IMG/VR virus record: IMGVR_UViG_3300027733_000042
Coordinates: 26,787 to 90,786 of that record
DNA length: 64,000 bases
Reading direction: 5' to 3' (one strand)
Source of the DNA: a virus
Below are positions 1 through 8,820 of the stretch, one piece after another; the first letter of the stretch is position 1; each line of letters opens with the position of its first letter. The position numbers and the translations under genes were made by a program. Under the pieces are notes generated by a model that did no database searches, had not been told where the DNA came from, and was given only the letters and a program-made list of their open reading frames with translations.

Positions 1-645
1 TTTTGTAGTGTCATTAATTGGTGCAGAGCCAGCAGGTTTTGGTGTTTCTGTAGCATTTACTGGAGAGCTTGGAGTTTCAGGAGTAGCATTACCGGATTCA
101 ATAAATGCATCGTATAGTGGAGCAACTAATCCGCCAGGTAAATTATATAAAATAATTCCTTCGCTCAGATCATCAAGTACAGTCTCAAAATCACTAAATA
201 TTTTATAGTCAGATATTTTTTGTTTGACTTGGGCCATCTTAGCCAGAGCAGATGACATAAATAACTTGAGCCATCCTTCTCCGCCAAGTTCCTTTAATCG
301 TATGTACTTGGTCTTATTTACTGGCTCATAAAAATTCTTGTGTAATATTTTATATTCTGCTTTTCCTGGACTGTCCTTTCCGGCAAGATTTTCAAGAATT
401 ACTGGAGCAAATCCTTCAGGCATAACTTCAGATCCGCCAGCTTCTGGATATACCCATGCAAATAATTCACCAATCGTTGAGAACGATACCTGTGGCTTAG
501 AAAAACTTAGTGAAATCGGGTCAGTTAATTTGATCGCTTTTTGTCGAGCTGCAGTATACTGTGCAATCTTTTCATCTGATTGTTTAATCAGGTCATCTGC
601 CTTTTTATTAAAGGCGTCGACAAATATTTTTTTCTTTTCTAACAC
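1..645 (-). CDS. 5' part of a large late protein running off the window (tape-measure/hub candidate by position)
   Basis: Open frame from GTG at 645 (VLEKKKIFVDAFNKK...) to position 1 with no stop; absent from the ORF track because it is partial. ATAAATA motif at 665-671. Lies downstream of the gp26/gp51-like pair. Confidence 0.7.
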   Translation of the reverse strand, partial: MLEKKKIFVDAFNKKADDLIKQSDEKIAQYTAARQKAIKLTDPISLSFSKPQVSFSTIGELFAWVYPEAGGSEVMPEGFAPVILENLAGKDSPGKAEYKILHKNFYEPVNKTKYIRLKELGGEGWLKLFMSSALAKMAQVKQKISDYKIFSDFETVLDDLSEGIILYNLPGGLVAPLYDAFIESGNATPETPSSPVNATETPKPAGSAPINDTTK

Positions 646-667
646 AGACAGTTATTCTTTTTATTAT

Positions 668-877
668 TTATTTTAGAGATAGCCCTTCTGGTAAATTAAC
701 ACGAAGTGGTTGCGCAGCGACTTGCGTTTCCTGTGAGATAGTATCGTTTGCGGCCTCAATATCTTTTTTAAGTATATTTAACAGCAATGAATATTCCAAG
801 TATTCTAAATTATAAAGTGTATCTAGGGATTGACCCAGCCGCACCGCCAACCGAGCATTAAGCTCCAATAAGTTCAT
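668..877 (-). CDS. T4 gp51-like baseplate hub assembly protein
   Basis: Short ORF MNLLELNARLAVRLGQSLDTLYNLEYLEYSLLL overlapping the 3' end of the gp26-like gene. Size, position and the 'L.nl...E...ll..L' pattern fit gp51. ATG at 877 chosen as start. Confidence 0.5.
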   Translation of the reverse strand: MNLLELNARLAVRLGQSLDTLYNLEYLEYSLLLNILKKDIEAANDTISQETQVAAQPLRVNLPEGLSLK

Positions 878-1865
878 CAAGTCCAGTTGAAATAATGAAA
901 ATATCTTTGACAGTGAAGCTTCCTCCCAAAAAAATATGGCTCTCCGTTTGTGTTTTACATTTTTCGCAAACACTAGCCGCTTTATTTAGGCTGTTTTTTT
1001 CAAGTAGATCCGTGAACTTATGGATAACTACAAATTTTGTTTCATTCCAGTCAAGTGAACTCATTTTTAATTCACTTAATACAGAAAGGTCGATTTTTCT
1101 CCAATCACGAAGTAGGTATGGACCATGCGCATAAAATGAATCATCGATTGCAATTCCACGTTCTTGTTCATCACGACGTTTCTGTTTAAATTTAGCAGAC
1201 ATTCCAATAGTCGGCAAATGAAGTCGAATTGTATCTCCGAGTTTTTCAGATGATATAGAAAAGCATCTCTCTTCTGACGAGTACCATTTCATTACTTCGT
1301 CTGGAAAATGGAAACCCAATAGATTTTTACTTGTGACTTGTGTTTGATTTACATGACCACATTGATCGTTTGAACATTTAATATATGCCCAAAGCTTATT
1401 CTCCTGATTAGGAAAAGTTAATTCATAGATTCTAAATAGAATATGATATTTGTCGACTTCAAGATAATCATTGAAGTTCATCGGCATCATCTGGCCTTTA
1501 ATTTTAAATTTAGTACAGGCATTAAGCACAAAATTTATCTTTTCACGAATATCAATCGGATCAGTTTCATCGATCGTAGACCAGTGACGAATCTCTTTGG
1601 TTTTTGCAGACCTGATTAATAATTCTGCCTTTTCTGGATAGAACAGTCCTCGAGATGGTAGATTTTCAAGATTTAATATTTTCCATGGAGATTCTTCAGC
1701 TGCCGACATTTCAATCATGTTCTGATGACTGGATGCTTTACCTAAGCTGGTCACCTTTGCTGGTTCCTCTGACTTAACTTCAATCTGCGCGATATTATTT
1801 ACTCCATACTTAAGATCTTGTTCATTCAGGAAACGTTCTGCTTCTTCTGGATTGACTGTGCTCAT
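858..1865 (-). CDS. T4 gp26-like baseplate hub assembly / tail assembly chaperone
   Basis: NLPSRGLFYP...LLIRSAKTKE motif and two Cys pairs (CSNDQC, CEKC). Likely start is ATG 1865 (MSTVNPEE). Confidence 0.7.
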   Translation of the reverse strand: MSTVNPEEAERFLNEQDLKYGVNNIAQIEVKSEEPAKVTSLGKASSHQNMIEMSAAEESPWKILNLENLPSRGLFYPEKAELLIRSAKTKEIRHWSTIDETDPIDIREKINFVLNACTKFKIKGQMMPMNFNDYLEVDKYHILFRIYELTFPNQENKLWAYIKCSNDQCGHVNQTQVTSKNLLGFHFPDEVMKWYSSEERCFSISSEKLGDTIRLHLPTIGMSAKFKQKRRDEQERGIAIDDSFYAHGPYLLRDWRKIDLSVLSELKMSSLDWNETKFVVIHKFTDLLEKNSLNKAASVCEKCKTQTESHIFLGGSFTVKDIFIISTGLDELIGA

Positions 1866-1894
1866 TATATGATATTTTTTTATCTTATATATGC

Positions 1895-1928
1895 AAAAAA
1901 GCAACTGGTTCTAAAATCAGTTGCTTTT
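1895..1928 (-). terminator. Rho-independent terminator
   Basis: AAAAAAGCAACTG-GTTCTAAAAT-CAGTTGCTTTT hairpin with A/T tails. Confidence 0.7.
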
Positions 1929-1949
1929 GCTAATTAAAATATGATAAAC

Positions 1950-2417
1950 TTATGAATTGATAAATTGTGAGAATGACATTACATGAGTAGATGTAGATTC
2001 GTAGACTCGTTCAATTGTCTCAGGATAAACTTCCTGTATTTCTAACGTTTTTGGATTCTTTATATAGACTTGGATCGAATTGTTTGTATAATCAGGAACA
2101 ATTTTATGTAATTTGCCAACTACCGATACTCCATTTTCATGGTCAAGCATCGAGTTTACGATAACACCTCTAATTCTGTCACCCGGTTTATAAAATAACT
2201 TTAATTTACTAACTGCAATATCAAAATCTGTATATCCCTTGTCTCCCTTAATTGATAAGTCAACGAATGCTTTTTGAGATATTGAAATACCTGGTGTAAA
2301 TTTACTACGACCTACTGTGAAGTTAAAATCTCCCTTGGTTCCATAAAATGGAATTCCTCGAGTAAAATCTCCTCGAGAAACAAGTGGTGATATATTATTT
2401 TCGTTAACGTTTTCCAT
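1950..2417 (-). CDS. hypothetical protein (KOW/SH3-like YKPGDRIRG segment; C-terminal SFSQFIN motif)
   Basis: ORF track; TAATG coupling with the upstream gene at 2417. Confidence 0.7.
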   Translation of the reverse strand: MENVNENNISPLVSRGDFTRGIPFYGTKGDFNFTVGRSKFTPGISISQKAFVDLSIKGDKGYTDFDIAVSKLKLFYKPGDRIRGVIVNSMLDHENGVSVVGKLHKIVPDYTNNSIQVYIKNPKTLEIQEVYPETIERVYESTSTHVMSFSQFINS

Positions 2418-2818
2418 TACCAAGCAAGTGGAATTCCTCTCTTTTTATAACCAACAATTGTATATTCTCCGCCCGGGTCAGCCGATGTTCCATCAGATTC
2501 ACAGAAGTCAAATTTCTTTAAGTATACGTTAATTACTGGAAATTTCAGAAGATATGCAACTGGATAAATTGGTGCATCTGCATCCTTATTATCGATTCCC
2601 CAGATTTTAACATATTCAGCTGAGACACTTGATAGATCTACAAATTCAACTTTAAATACTGGACCTTTTGCAAAGCCATATTGTTGAAGTTCTCCAATTT
2701 GTTGATAACCTAGAGTGGTTGGTGCGCCGGCTGGAGCACGTTTATCTGTACTAATAAAAGTTGGTTCGTAATTTAATTGATTTACCAGAGTAATTAGCTC
2801 TGCTCCAGTGTGCATCAT
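2417..2818 (-). CDS. hypothetical protein
   Basis: ORF in a tightly packed minus-strand operon. Confidence 0.7.
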   Translation of the reverse strand: MMHTGAELITLVNQLNYEPTFISTDKRAPAGAPTTLGYQQIGELQQYGFAKGPVFKVEFVDLSSVSAEYVKIWGIDNKDADAPIYPVAYLLKFPVINVYLKKFDFCESDGTSADPGGEYTIVGYKKRGIPLAW

Positions 2819-2833
2819 GTGCGTTTTATTTTT

Positions 2834-3376
2834 TTATATCGACTGTCCAAATATTACTAGAGCAGATACTCTAACATTATATAGCAAGTTAGTATTAATG
2901 ATCTTTATCTTATTTATTAAGTCTTCTGCCTTATTTGACTTCGGATTTGTAAAGATCGTAAAAAGATCATATAATGGATATTCAGTAGCAGTTAGAGTGT
3001 CAGTATTCTCCAGAGATATTTTTACTGATTTGTTTACTAATTCAATCGTTTCACCATTCGTGTCATATGTTGGATAAATGATACGAAGCATTACTCCTCT
3101 AGCATATAATTTACCGCTTTCTAATTCGCTACTAGGCGAAAGTATACTCGTTTGATTATCAAAGATTGTAATATCTCCGCCATTCATTTCAGCAGTAAGA
3201 CCGATACATGTGTACCCGTCCACTGGAAAAGCAAAATCGCCAATGCAGAACTCACCATGTGTAGCTTTACCATCGACTACCCGAAAGCATTTATCGTCGA
3301 ATAGTTGCAAGATTGGCTGGTTTTCATAGCCGCCACAATCGTCGCATACATCATTTAAGTTACCAAGTGTCATCAT
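2834..3376 (-). CDS. hypothetical protein (possible structural)
   Basis: ORF in operon, ATGA overlap with the upstream gene. Confidence 0.7.
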   Translation of the reverse strand: MMTLGNLNDVCDDCGGYENQPILQLFDDKCFRVVDGKATHGEFCIGDFAFPVDGYTCIGLTAEMNGGDITIFDNQTSILSPSSELESGKLYARGVMLRIIYPTYDTNGETIELVNKSVKISLENTDTLTATEYPLYDLFTIFTNPKSNKAEDLINKIKIINTNLLYNVRVSALVIFGQSI

Positions 3377-4056
3377 TTTCCAAGTATTTTTTTCATCTTA
3401 TTGCTAAGGCCCATCTTCTGACGTTGATTGGGCGCCAGGTGAGGATTTTGAGTAGGTGTACTCGGTAAAACTGGTGGCTCAACAGGGTGGATTGGAGTTT
3501 CAACTTTTACTTCTTCAATTTTTTCTGGAGCAACAATTTGTTCAGATACTGGTTCTTCAATTTCTTCTGGTTTAGCTGGCTCAATATTATCTATTCCATC
3601 ATACTTAATAAAAAAATGCAAACACGTAAGTGAAATTATTGGAAGTAATCCACCTTCGATTAATGCTAACCATCGGCGCTGAGCTATTGCATTTGATACG
3701 TCTGCGCCAATCATATCAAATGCTGGAGCAGTAAGATCTGACCAGTCTTTAAAACTCTTGGTTGTAACATCAATATCCGAATAACAGAAGTAGATATTGC
3801 CTATAAATTGTATAAATGTTACTAAAATGAATACAAACCATACTGAGAAACCTTTAATTCGAACAGAGGCTGCAGAAATTGCAGACATTGCCGCTATTTC
3901 AATCGCAACAGAAAGATATATTGCCCAGCTGGTTGGATTTGCTAGATCATACCAGCTAATAACATGGGAAATAGAAACAATCATCACTAGGATGATTGGA
4001 ACCAAGAACATTCCACGGATAACTCCGCGCTTATTTAATTTGATCCACTCTATCAT
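3373..4056 (-). CDS. multi-pass membrane protein with Pro/Glu-rich C-terminal tail
   Basis: About four hydrophobic segments (GMFLVPIILVMIVSI; WAIYLSVAIEIAAMSAI; VWFVFILVTFIQFIG; LALIEGGLLPIISLTCLHFF). Confidence 0.75.
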   Translation of the reverse strand: MIEWIKLNKRGVIRGMFLVPIILVMIVSISHVISWYDLANPTSWAIYLSVAIEIAAMSAISAASVRIKGFSVWFVFILVTFIQFIGNIYFCYSDIDVTTKSFKDWSDLTAPAFDMIGADVSNAIAQRRWLALIEGGLLPIISLTCLHFFIKYDGIDNIEPAKPEEIEEPVSEQIVAPEKIEEVKVETPIHPVEPPVLPSTPTQNPHLAPNQRQKMGLSNKMKKILGK

Positions 4057-4367
4057 TATTTCTCTAAATTTTGAATCTCTTTATCAATCTCAGATTGTCG
4101 ATTAACATCAAGTATTTTACGGTCAGTTGATTGAATCATTCTTTTTTCAGTCTTTAACCCTTCAATAGTCAGCATTTTTTGAATATCGGTCTTTGGCACA
4201 ATATTCGAAATAATAATTGAATCGTTTGATTTAATAGTATTTGTTAACTCTGCATTTGTTTTATCAAGTCTACTATTTGTTGAGCAGGTTTTGAAAAAAA
4301 TAATTATTACAAGTGGTAACATTATACGATGTGCCCAAGTGTCTAAAAAGGTGAAAATTTTATTCAT
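4056..4367 (-). CDS. membrane-anchored/lipoprotein-like coiled-coil protein (spanin candidate)
   Basis: N-terminal hydrophobic stretch ending in FFKTC, followed by a predicted coiled coil; late motif upstream. Confidence 0.55.
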   Translation of the reverse strand: MNKIFTFLDTWAHRIMLPLVIIIFFKTCSTNSRLDKTNAELTNTIKSNDSIIISNIVPKTDIQKMLTIEGLKTEKRMIQSTDRKILDVNRQSEIDKEIQNLEK

Positions 4368-4403
4368 CTTGTTTCTTTTTATTATTTATTTAACTGGAAG
4401 GTA

Positions 4404-4865
4404 CTAAAATAGCCAGAGTGCTAGGCCAATTAAAATTAGTGCAAGGGTTGAAAAGTATGAAACTGCATATACTAGGACAGGGCGTTTATACTTTTTGTAG
4501 TCGAATGTGATTTGTAGAATATATCCATAATACTCTTCATTTTTAATCCTGTCATACTCAACTTTAACTGAATCAAGTATTCCCTCCTTAGTTAGGAATT
4601 CAGTATATTTTTTCATTCGATCACTAATCATTTTAAGCTCAACTGATTCAGATGATGTTTCTGAATACATTAATATCTCAGGATTAAGATTTACACCAAT
4701 ATATAAATTGGAATCAGCATCTACTAAAAGACCGATTGCATCTAACTTGCCATCTTTTTGTAGTTCAGCAATTATTGATTTGTACTTTGCAAATCGGGCT
4801 AAGTCTTCAAGACAGCCTTGAAGACTTTTAAAAATTTTTACTGGGTTGATTTTGTCTAAGATCAT
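4404..4865 (-). CDS. hypothetical protein with C-terminal TM anchor
   Basis: C-terminus [24 protein letters not shown]. Confidence 0.75.
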   Translation of the reverse strand: MILDKINPVKIFKSLQGCLEDLARFAKYKSIIAELQKDGKLDAIGLLVDADSNLYIGVNLNPEILMYSETSSESVELKMISDRMKKYTEFLTKEGILDSVKVEYDRIKNEEYYGYILQITFDYKKYKRPVLVYAVSYFSTLALILIGLALWLF

Positions 4866-5488
4866 ATTATTGTTCGTATTTTTTCTTCGAGATCAGGATT
4901 GTCTTTAATTACTGCTTCTCGAATATCTACTCGAATTTTGCGAAGTTTGGTCTTCACAGTATTTTCATTCATTTTATAGTCGGTCGCAATTTGTCTAACC
5001 TTTTTATTTTTTATCATCTTATCGATTGCGATGTTTTTCATCGTCTCATCGTTAATATTATAAATTTCAGCAAGGGTCTTTGCATATATCTCTTCCACGT
5101 CAAGGTGGTATGATTGTGTTATTTCAAAATCATCGGCTTTATCTACTTTCTGATAAAGATCATCAATATCAAGATGGGTATGCTTTTTCTTATGGTAGAG
5201 GTAATATAGGGTCTCATTTCTAGCGATCGTGTAGATCCATGTAGTAAATCTGCCTTTTTCGAATTTAAACTGTGCGACATTTTTAAAGATACGTTTAAGA
5301 CTATATTGTAGTGCTTCTTCTGTATCAAATTCATTTTTACAGAATTTCCACACGAAAAATTTTAATTTTGGATAAATTAGAGAAGCTAGCTCATTTCGCT
5401 CAACTTCAGTAATTGCATCTGTTAATAATTTTTCAGAAATTTCTTTTATTCTTAGATTGACTCGTTCATTGATTTCGTCGTATCCCAT
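4862..5488 (-). CDS. ECF-type sigma-70 family RNA polymerase sigma factor
   Basis: Region 2 (DTEEALQ...[14 protein letters not shown]) and region 4 HTH ([21 protein letters not shown]). Confidence 0.9.
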   Translation of the reverse strand: MGYDEINERVNLRIKEISEKLLTDAITEVERNELASLIYPKLKFFVWKFCKNEFDTEEALQYSLKRIFKNVAQFKFEKGRFTTWIYTIARNETLYYLYHKKKHTHLDIDDLYQKVDKADDFEITQSYHLDVEEIYAKTLAEIYNINDETMKNIAIDKMIKNKKVRQIATDYKMNENTVKTKLRKIRVDIREAVIKDNPDLEEKIRTII

Positions 5489-5489
5489 A

Positions 5490-5801
5490 TTATTTTATTA
5501 CTACCTCGGCGTTATTTTTTAACTCGTTAATTACATTTAAGCACAACTGACATTTTTCATAGGCTTCTGACTTTTCATAGAAGGAGATCGCGTTCTCAAG
5601 ACCACTAATAAATTTATCACGACTCAAGTTGACAGTATAGTCAACCGCATTGATTGTAATATTGATTACCGTGATCTCATGAATTGCAGGATCTCGATAG
5701 TTTGCACAAATAGATTCTACAACTTTATCATAAATTGTAATTCGATGAAGATTAAAAACTTCTTCAAGCGTAATATCACCATTGAATTTGAGGGATGTCA
5801 T
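5490..5801 (-). CDS. hypothetical protein (C-terminal UVR-like E-x-YEKC helix pair)
   Basis: ORF directly upstream of the sigma gene. Confidence 0.65.
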   Translation of the reverse strand: MTSLKFNGDITLEEVFNLHRITIYDKVVESICANYRDPAIHEITVINITINAVDYTVNLSRDKFISGLENAISFYEKSEAYEKCQLCLNVINELKNNAEVVIK

Positions 5802-5855
5802 ACTCTGTTTTTTTTTATATTTGTGTTGGTTCTATCCTATAATACTATAAAATAG

Positions 5856-7832
5856 TTAATCTTTAAAAAATCTATCCTTTATTTTTTTCATATGTTCCAT
5901 GGATTCCATATCAAACACATTAGATTGAACTTTAGGTCCGTCGCCAGATGCAGGTGCAGTACTGTTTAATCGACGTAGCTCATCAAAATTATACAAACTC
6001 TTTTTATTATTTTCACGATAGACGTTAAATATTTTTTCTTCGAGTTCTTTTCGATATTCAGCTGGAGCATTCTCAAACGTCTCAATTCCTATATCCCAGA
6101 ACTGTGTCGAGTCGAAAAATGGTGCAATATTTATGCAGGTCATAGCTAAATCATCATTTCCATTTTGACCACGATATGCGCCGCCTTTAGTTTTACCAAA
6201 TGACATAAGTTCCATGAAAGTTAAATATTCGTTTGGAATAATCTTATTAATTGTAACTAGATGTTTAAATCGTTCGCAATATTTAATTTTATTTGTTGGC
6301 CCAAGTCGTAATCCGATCTTTGGAACAACTGCCATTTCAGTATGTTTAGTATGAACAAATTGTCCCGTCCAGTATTCAGAATTATCTGCACATCTTGAGT
6401 GAACGATCTCACCTTTATGATTCATCTCCAGGACTATTCTAACTTTGCTAGGATTAAATATTCGATAGATGATAAATTCAGCAGCAGCTGCAAATTGAGT
6501 AACATCAAGTTCATTTGTTCTAAATGTTCCAATTTGAACTAGTGAAATTGCATCTAATTCGTTTCGAACAGCATCCTTCTTCTTTAAGAGTTCAGAAACT
6601 GGCATCGCAACTACTTTGTAAATATTTAAAACTGAATAGTCGCCGCCAACTCCATCTGCAGTATCAATACTGAATAGGTAATTTGCAGCATCATTCTTAA
6701 AGTCTGATAATTGACGCTTTACGTATCTAGGATGCAATTTTAAGTGATCGTTAATATACATACGATCTTCATCTAGTGCAAAATTGGAGTTTTTATAGTC
6801 TACTCGGATATTATTTAATTTCTTAAGCTCATTTGAGCCAAGTAATAATTGATCTGACGAGAAGAACTGAAGTCCATATTCCTGGTTAAAATCATCAATT
6901 GAACCGATATCAGCAATTGCGTCTTCTTTCCATTTTTCATCACGACCAGGTACTTGCCACCAGTCGACTCGAAGGGCAACATAATTACTTCTATTTTCAA
7001 TTGCATCAACCCAAATATCATGGAACTTGTTTTTACCATTTGGTGTAGATGTAATTATAATCTTTGAATTAGGATCGGCAGAAATCGTTGGGAATATTGT
7101 ACGATAAAACTCATCTAATTTTGCTTGGTCAATATGCGCAAACTCATCAATATACAATAAGTTAACGGTTAAACCGATACCTGATTTTTTAGTGGTTGTT
7201 CTACCAACAACACGACTATCATTATCAAATTTTATATTACCGGTATTGACATGTTTAATACCAGGTTTCATAAAGAATGGAAGATTGTCTAATGAAATTC
7301 TGAACTTATCTAATAATTCTCGAGTAGTTGTAAAATTATCTGCAACAAGTAGTGCAGTTTTTTCTGCATGGAATAGAGTAAACCATAAGATAAAGATAGC
7401 AGAAGTCACAGATTTACCAATCTGACGACTTGCCATTAAGATACTATATTTGTTTCCTTGGAATGAAAGTAGAATTTGTTCTTGAAAATCGCGTAACCCG
7501 CCGGCTTCTTTAATTAGTTTGACTCCATCATGCGTTTGAATAAAACAGTAATTATATGCGAAGTAAATAATATCTTCTTTACATTTGGAAAGTTCTTGCC
7601 ATTCATCTGGAGTATATTCAAACGGTAGATTTGCACGCTTGAGATTAATATCATTATCTCTGAATGGAGAATTATGTAATCCCTTAACATCTAACCCATT
7701 ATCAATTTGATCTAATAATTTAGCGATGCGAACAGTCGTCCATATAGAACTATTTGTATCATCGTCGTCTCCGCTCATTCTGGAAATCTTACGTGATGTG
7801 AATGCACCCCTATTTGACATTATATCCTTCAT
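5856..7832 (-). CDS. terL: terminase large subunit (T4 gp17-like)
   Basis: Walker A ASRQIGKS, Walker B LLYIDEFAH, coupling motif ITSTPNG, nuclease motifs IDTADGVGGDYS and NDDLAM. Confidence 0.95.
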   Translation of the reverse strand: MKDIMSNRGAFTSRKISRMSGDDDDTNSSIWTTVRIAKLLDQIDNGLDVKGLHNSPFRDNDINLKRANLPFEYTPDEWQELSKCKEDIIYFAYNYCFIQTHDGVKLIKEAGGLRDFQEQILLSFQGNKYSILMASRQIGKSVTSAIFILWFTLFHAEKTALLVADNFTTTRELLDKFRISLDNLPFFMKPGIKHVNTGNIKFDNDSRVVGRTTTKKSGIGLTVNLLYIDEFAHIDQAKLDEFYRTIFPTISADPNSKIIITSTPNGKNKFHDIWVDAIENRSNYVALRVDWWQVPGRDEKWKEDAIADIGSIDDFNQEYGLQFFSSDQLLLGSNELKKLNNIRVDYKNSNFALDEDRMYINDHLKLHPRYVKRQLSDFKNDAANYLFSIDTADGVGGDYSVLNIYKVVAMPVSELLKKKDAVRNELDAISLVQIGTFRTNELDVTQFAAAAEFIIYRIFNPSKVRIVLEMNHKGEIVHSRCADNSEYWTGQFVHTKHTEMAVVPKIGLRLGPTNKIKYCERFKHLVTINKIIPNEYLTFMELMSFGKTKGGAYRGQNGNDDLAMTCINIAPFFDSTQFWDIGIETFENAPAEYRKELEEKIFNVYRENNKKSLYNFDELRRLNSTAPASGDGPKVQSNVFDMESMEHMKKIKDRFFKD

Positions 7833-7837
7833 GGTCC

Positions 7838-8569
7838 TTAAATTATTTCAGTAAGATCGATGAAATCGTCAGTGTCGTCTTGTTCGATCTCAATATTGTG
7901 TTCTTTCATGAGATCCGATTTATTATTAGGATTAATTAGATTACCCGATACTTTCCCTTTCTGACGATCTTGGGAAGCGACAGGTAAACTTTTTGTAACG
8001 TTTTTAGTTCCTACTGTAATAAAGAACTGGCCTTCCTCTGGACTTGAGCCGACCTTTTGTGTATCTTCGTTTACTGGTTTATCGCGGTTTAATTTTTGAT
8101 ATGTGTCTTCTAAGAAGATGATGTAATTTGCCTGCATCTTAGTTACTGCAGCCATTTTATCTTGTAATTGCCCCATGACCTCGATTAGTCGAGGATGAGT
8201 ATTACCTGAAGTTATTTCTTCCATCACTTTAATGATGGTGATTTTAATAGTCTTCAGCTGAAAGAATAAGTTCGAAATGTTAATAGTATCGAGTTCTTTC
8301 TTGTGTTTTGCGTAGTCACTCTCTTCAAAAATTCCAATATCTACGTAATTTTTAAATAGCGAATTAGTTATTTCGCGAGCTTTTTTCGTGAACTGACTGC
8401 TCATTTCCTCAAAGTCATATGGACTTTCCGTCTTAGTCTCATTGGAAATCTCAGAATCTATAACTAAATCATTTTGATTTTCATTACCTATTGAACCCAA
8501 TAGTGCCTGTATTTCGTCTTTTAAATGTCTTCTATTCTCTTTGTCGATTCCGCCTTGTTTATTTGACAT
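7838..8569 (-). CDS. terS: terminase small subunit (T4 gp16-like)
   Basis: HPRLIEVMGQL resembles the gp16 PRxxEV motif; directly upstream of terL. Confidence 0.65.
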   Translation of the reverse strand: MSNKQGGIDKENRRHLKDEIQALLGSIGNENQNDLVIDSEISNETKTESPYDFEEMSSQFTKKAREITNSLFKNYVDIGIFEESDYAKHKKELDTINISNLFFQLKTIKITIIKVMEEITSGNTHPRLIEVMGQLQDKMAAVTKMQANYIIFLEDTYQKLNRDKPVNEDTQKVGSSPEEGQFFITVGTKNVTKSLPVASQDRQKGKVSGNLINPNNKSDLMKEHNIEIEQDDTDDFIDLTEII

Positions 8570-8573
8570 GAAA

Positions 8574-8819
8574 TTACTTTATTTTATTTTCATACTTGTC
8601 TAATGCTGGATTTGCGTGTATTTTAATCTGTTTTACTGCTTCGACCCATTCATAAACGATGCTATCGATACTTGACAAGTATGAAGTTAACGTGGCATTC
8701 ACGTTAAACATTTGTGAGGATAACGTACGCTTAAGTATTTGGCCTTTGTAATTGAACCCAGTGTGAAGACGTTTTTCACGTCTTTCAAGAATAGGTCTAA
8801 ATATGCTGTTTTTTACCAT
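8574..8819 (-). CDS. hypothetical protein
   Basis: Tightly packed between the baseplate wedge gene and terS. Confidence 0.7.
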   Translation of the reverse strand: MVKNSIFRPILERREKRLHTGFNYKGQILKRTLSSQMFNVNATLTSYLSSIDSIVYEWVEAVKQIKIHANPALDKYENKIK

Positions 8820-8820
8820 T

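Noticed and set aside
338-676. Plus-strand ORFs 8..208 and 338..676 and the many other short antisense or nested ORFs in the track
   Set aside because: They overlap longer, better-supported genes on the opposite strand or in another frame.
5856-7832. Intein or intron in the terminase
   Set aside because: ORF is continuous with normal motif spacing and no intein or homing endonuclease motifs.
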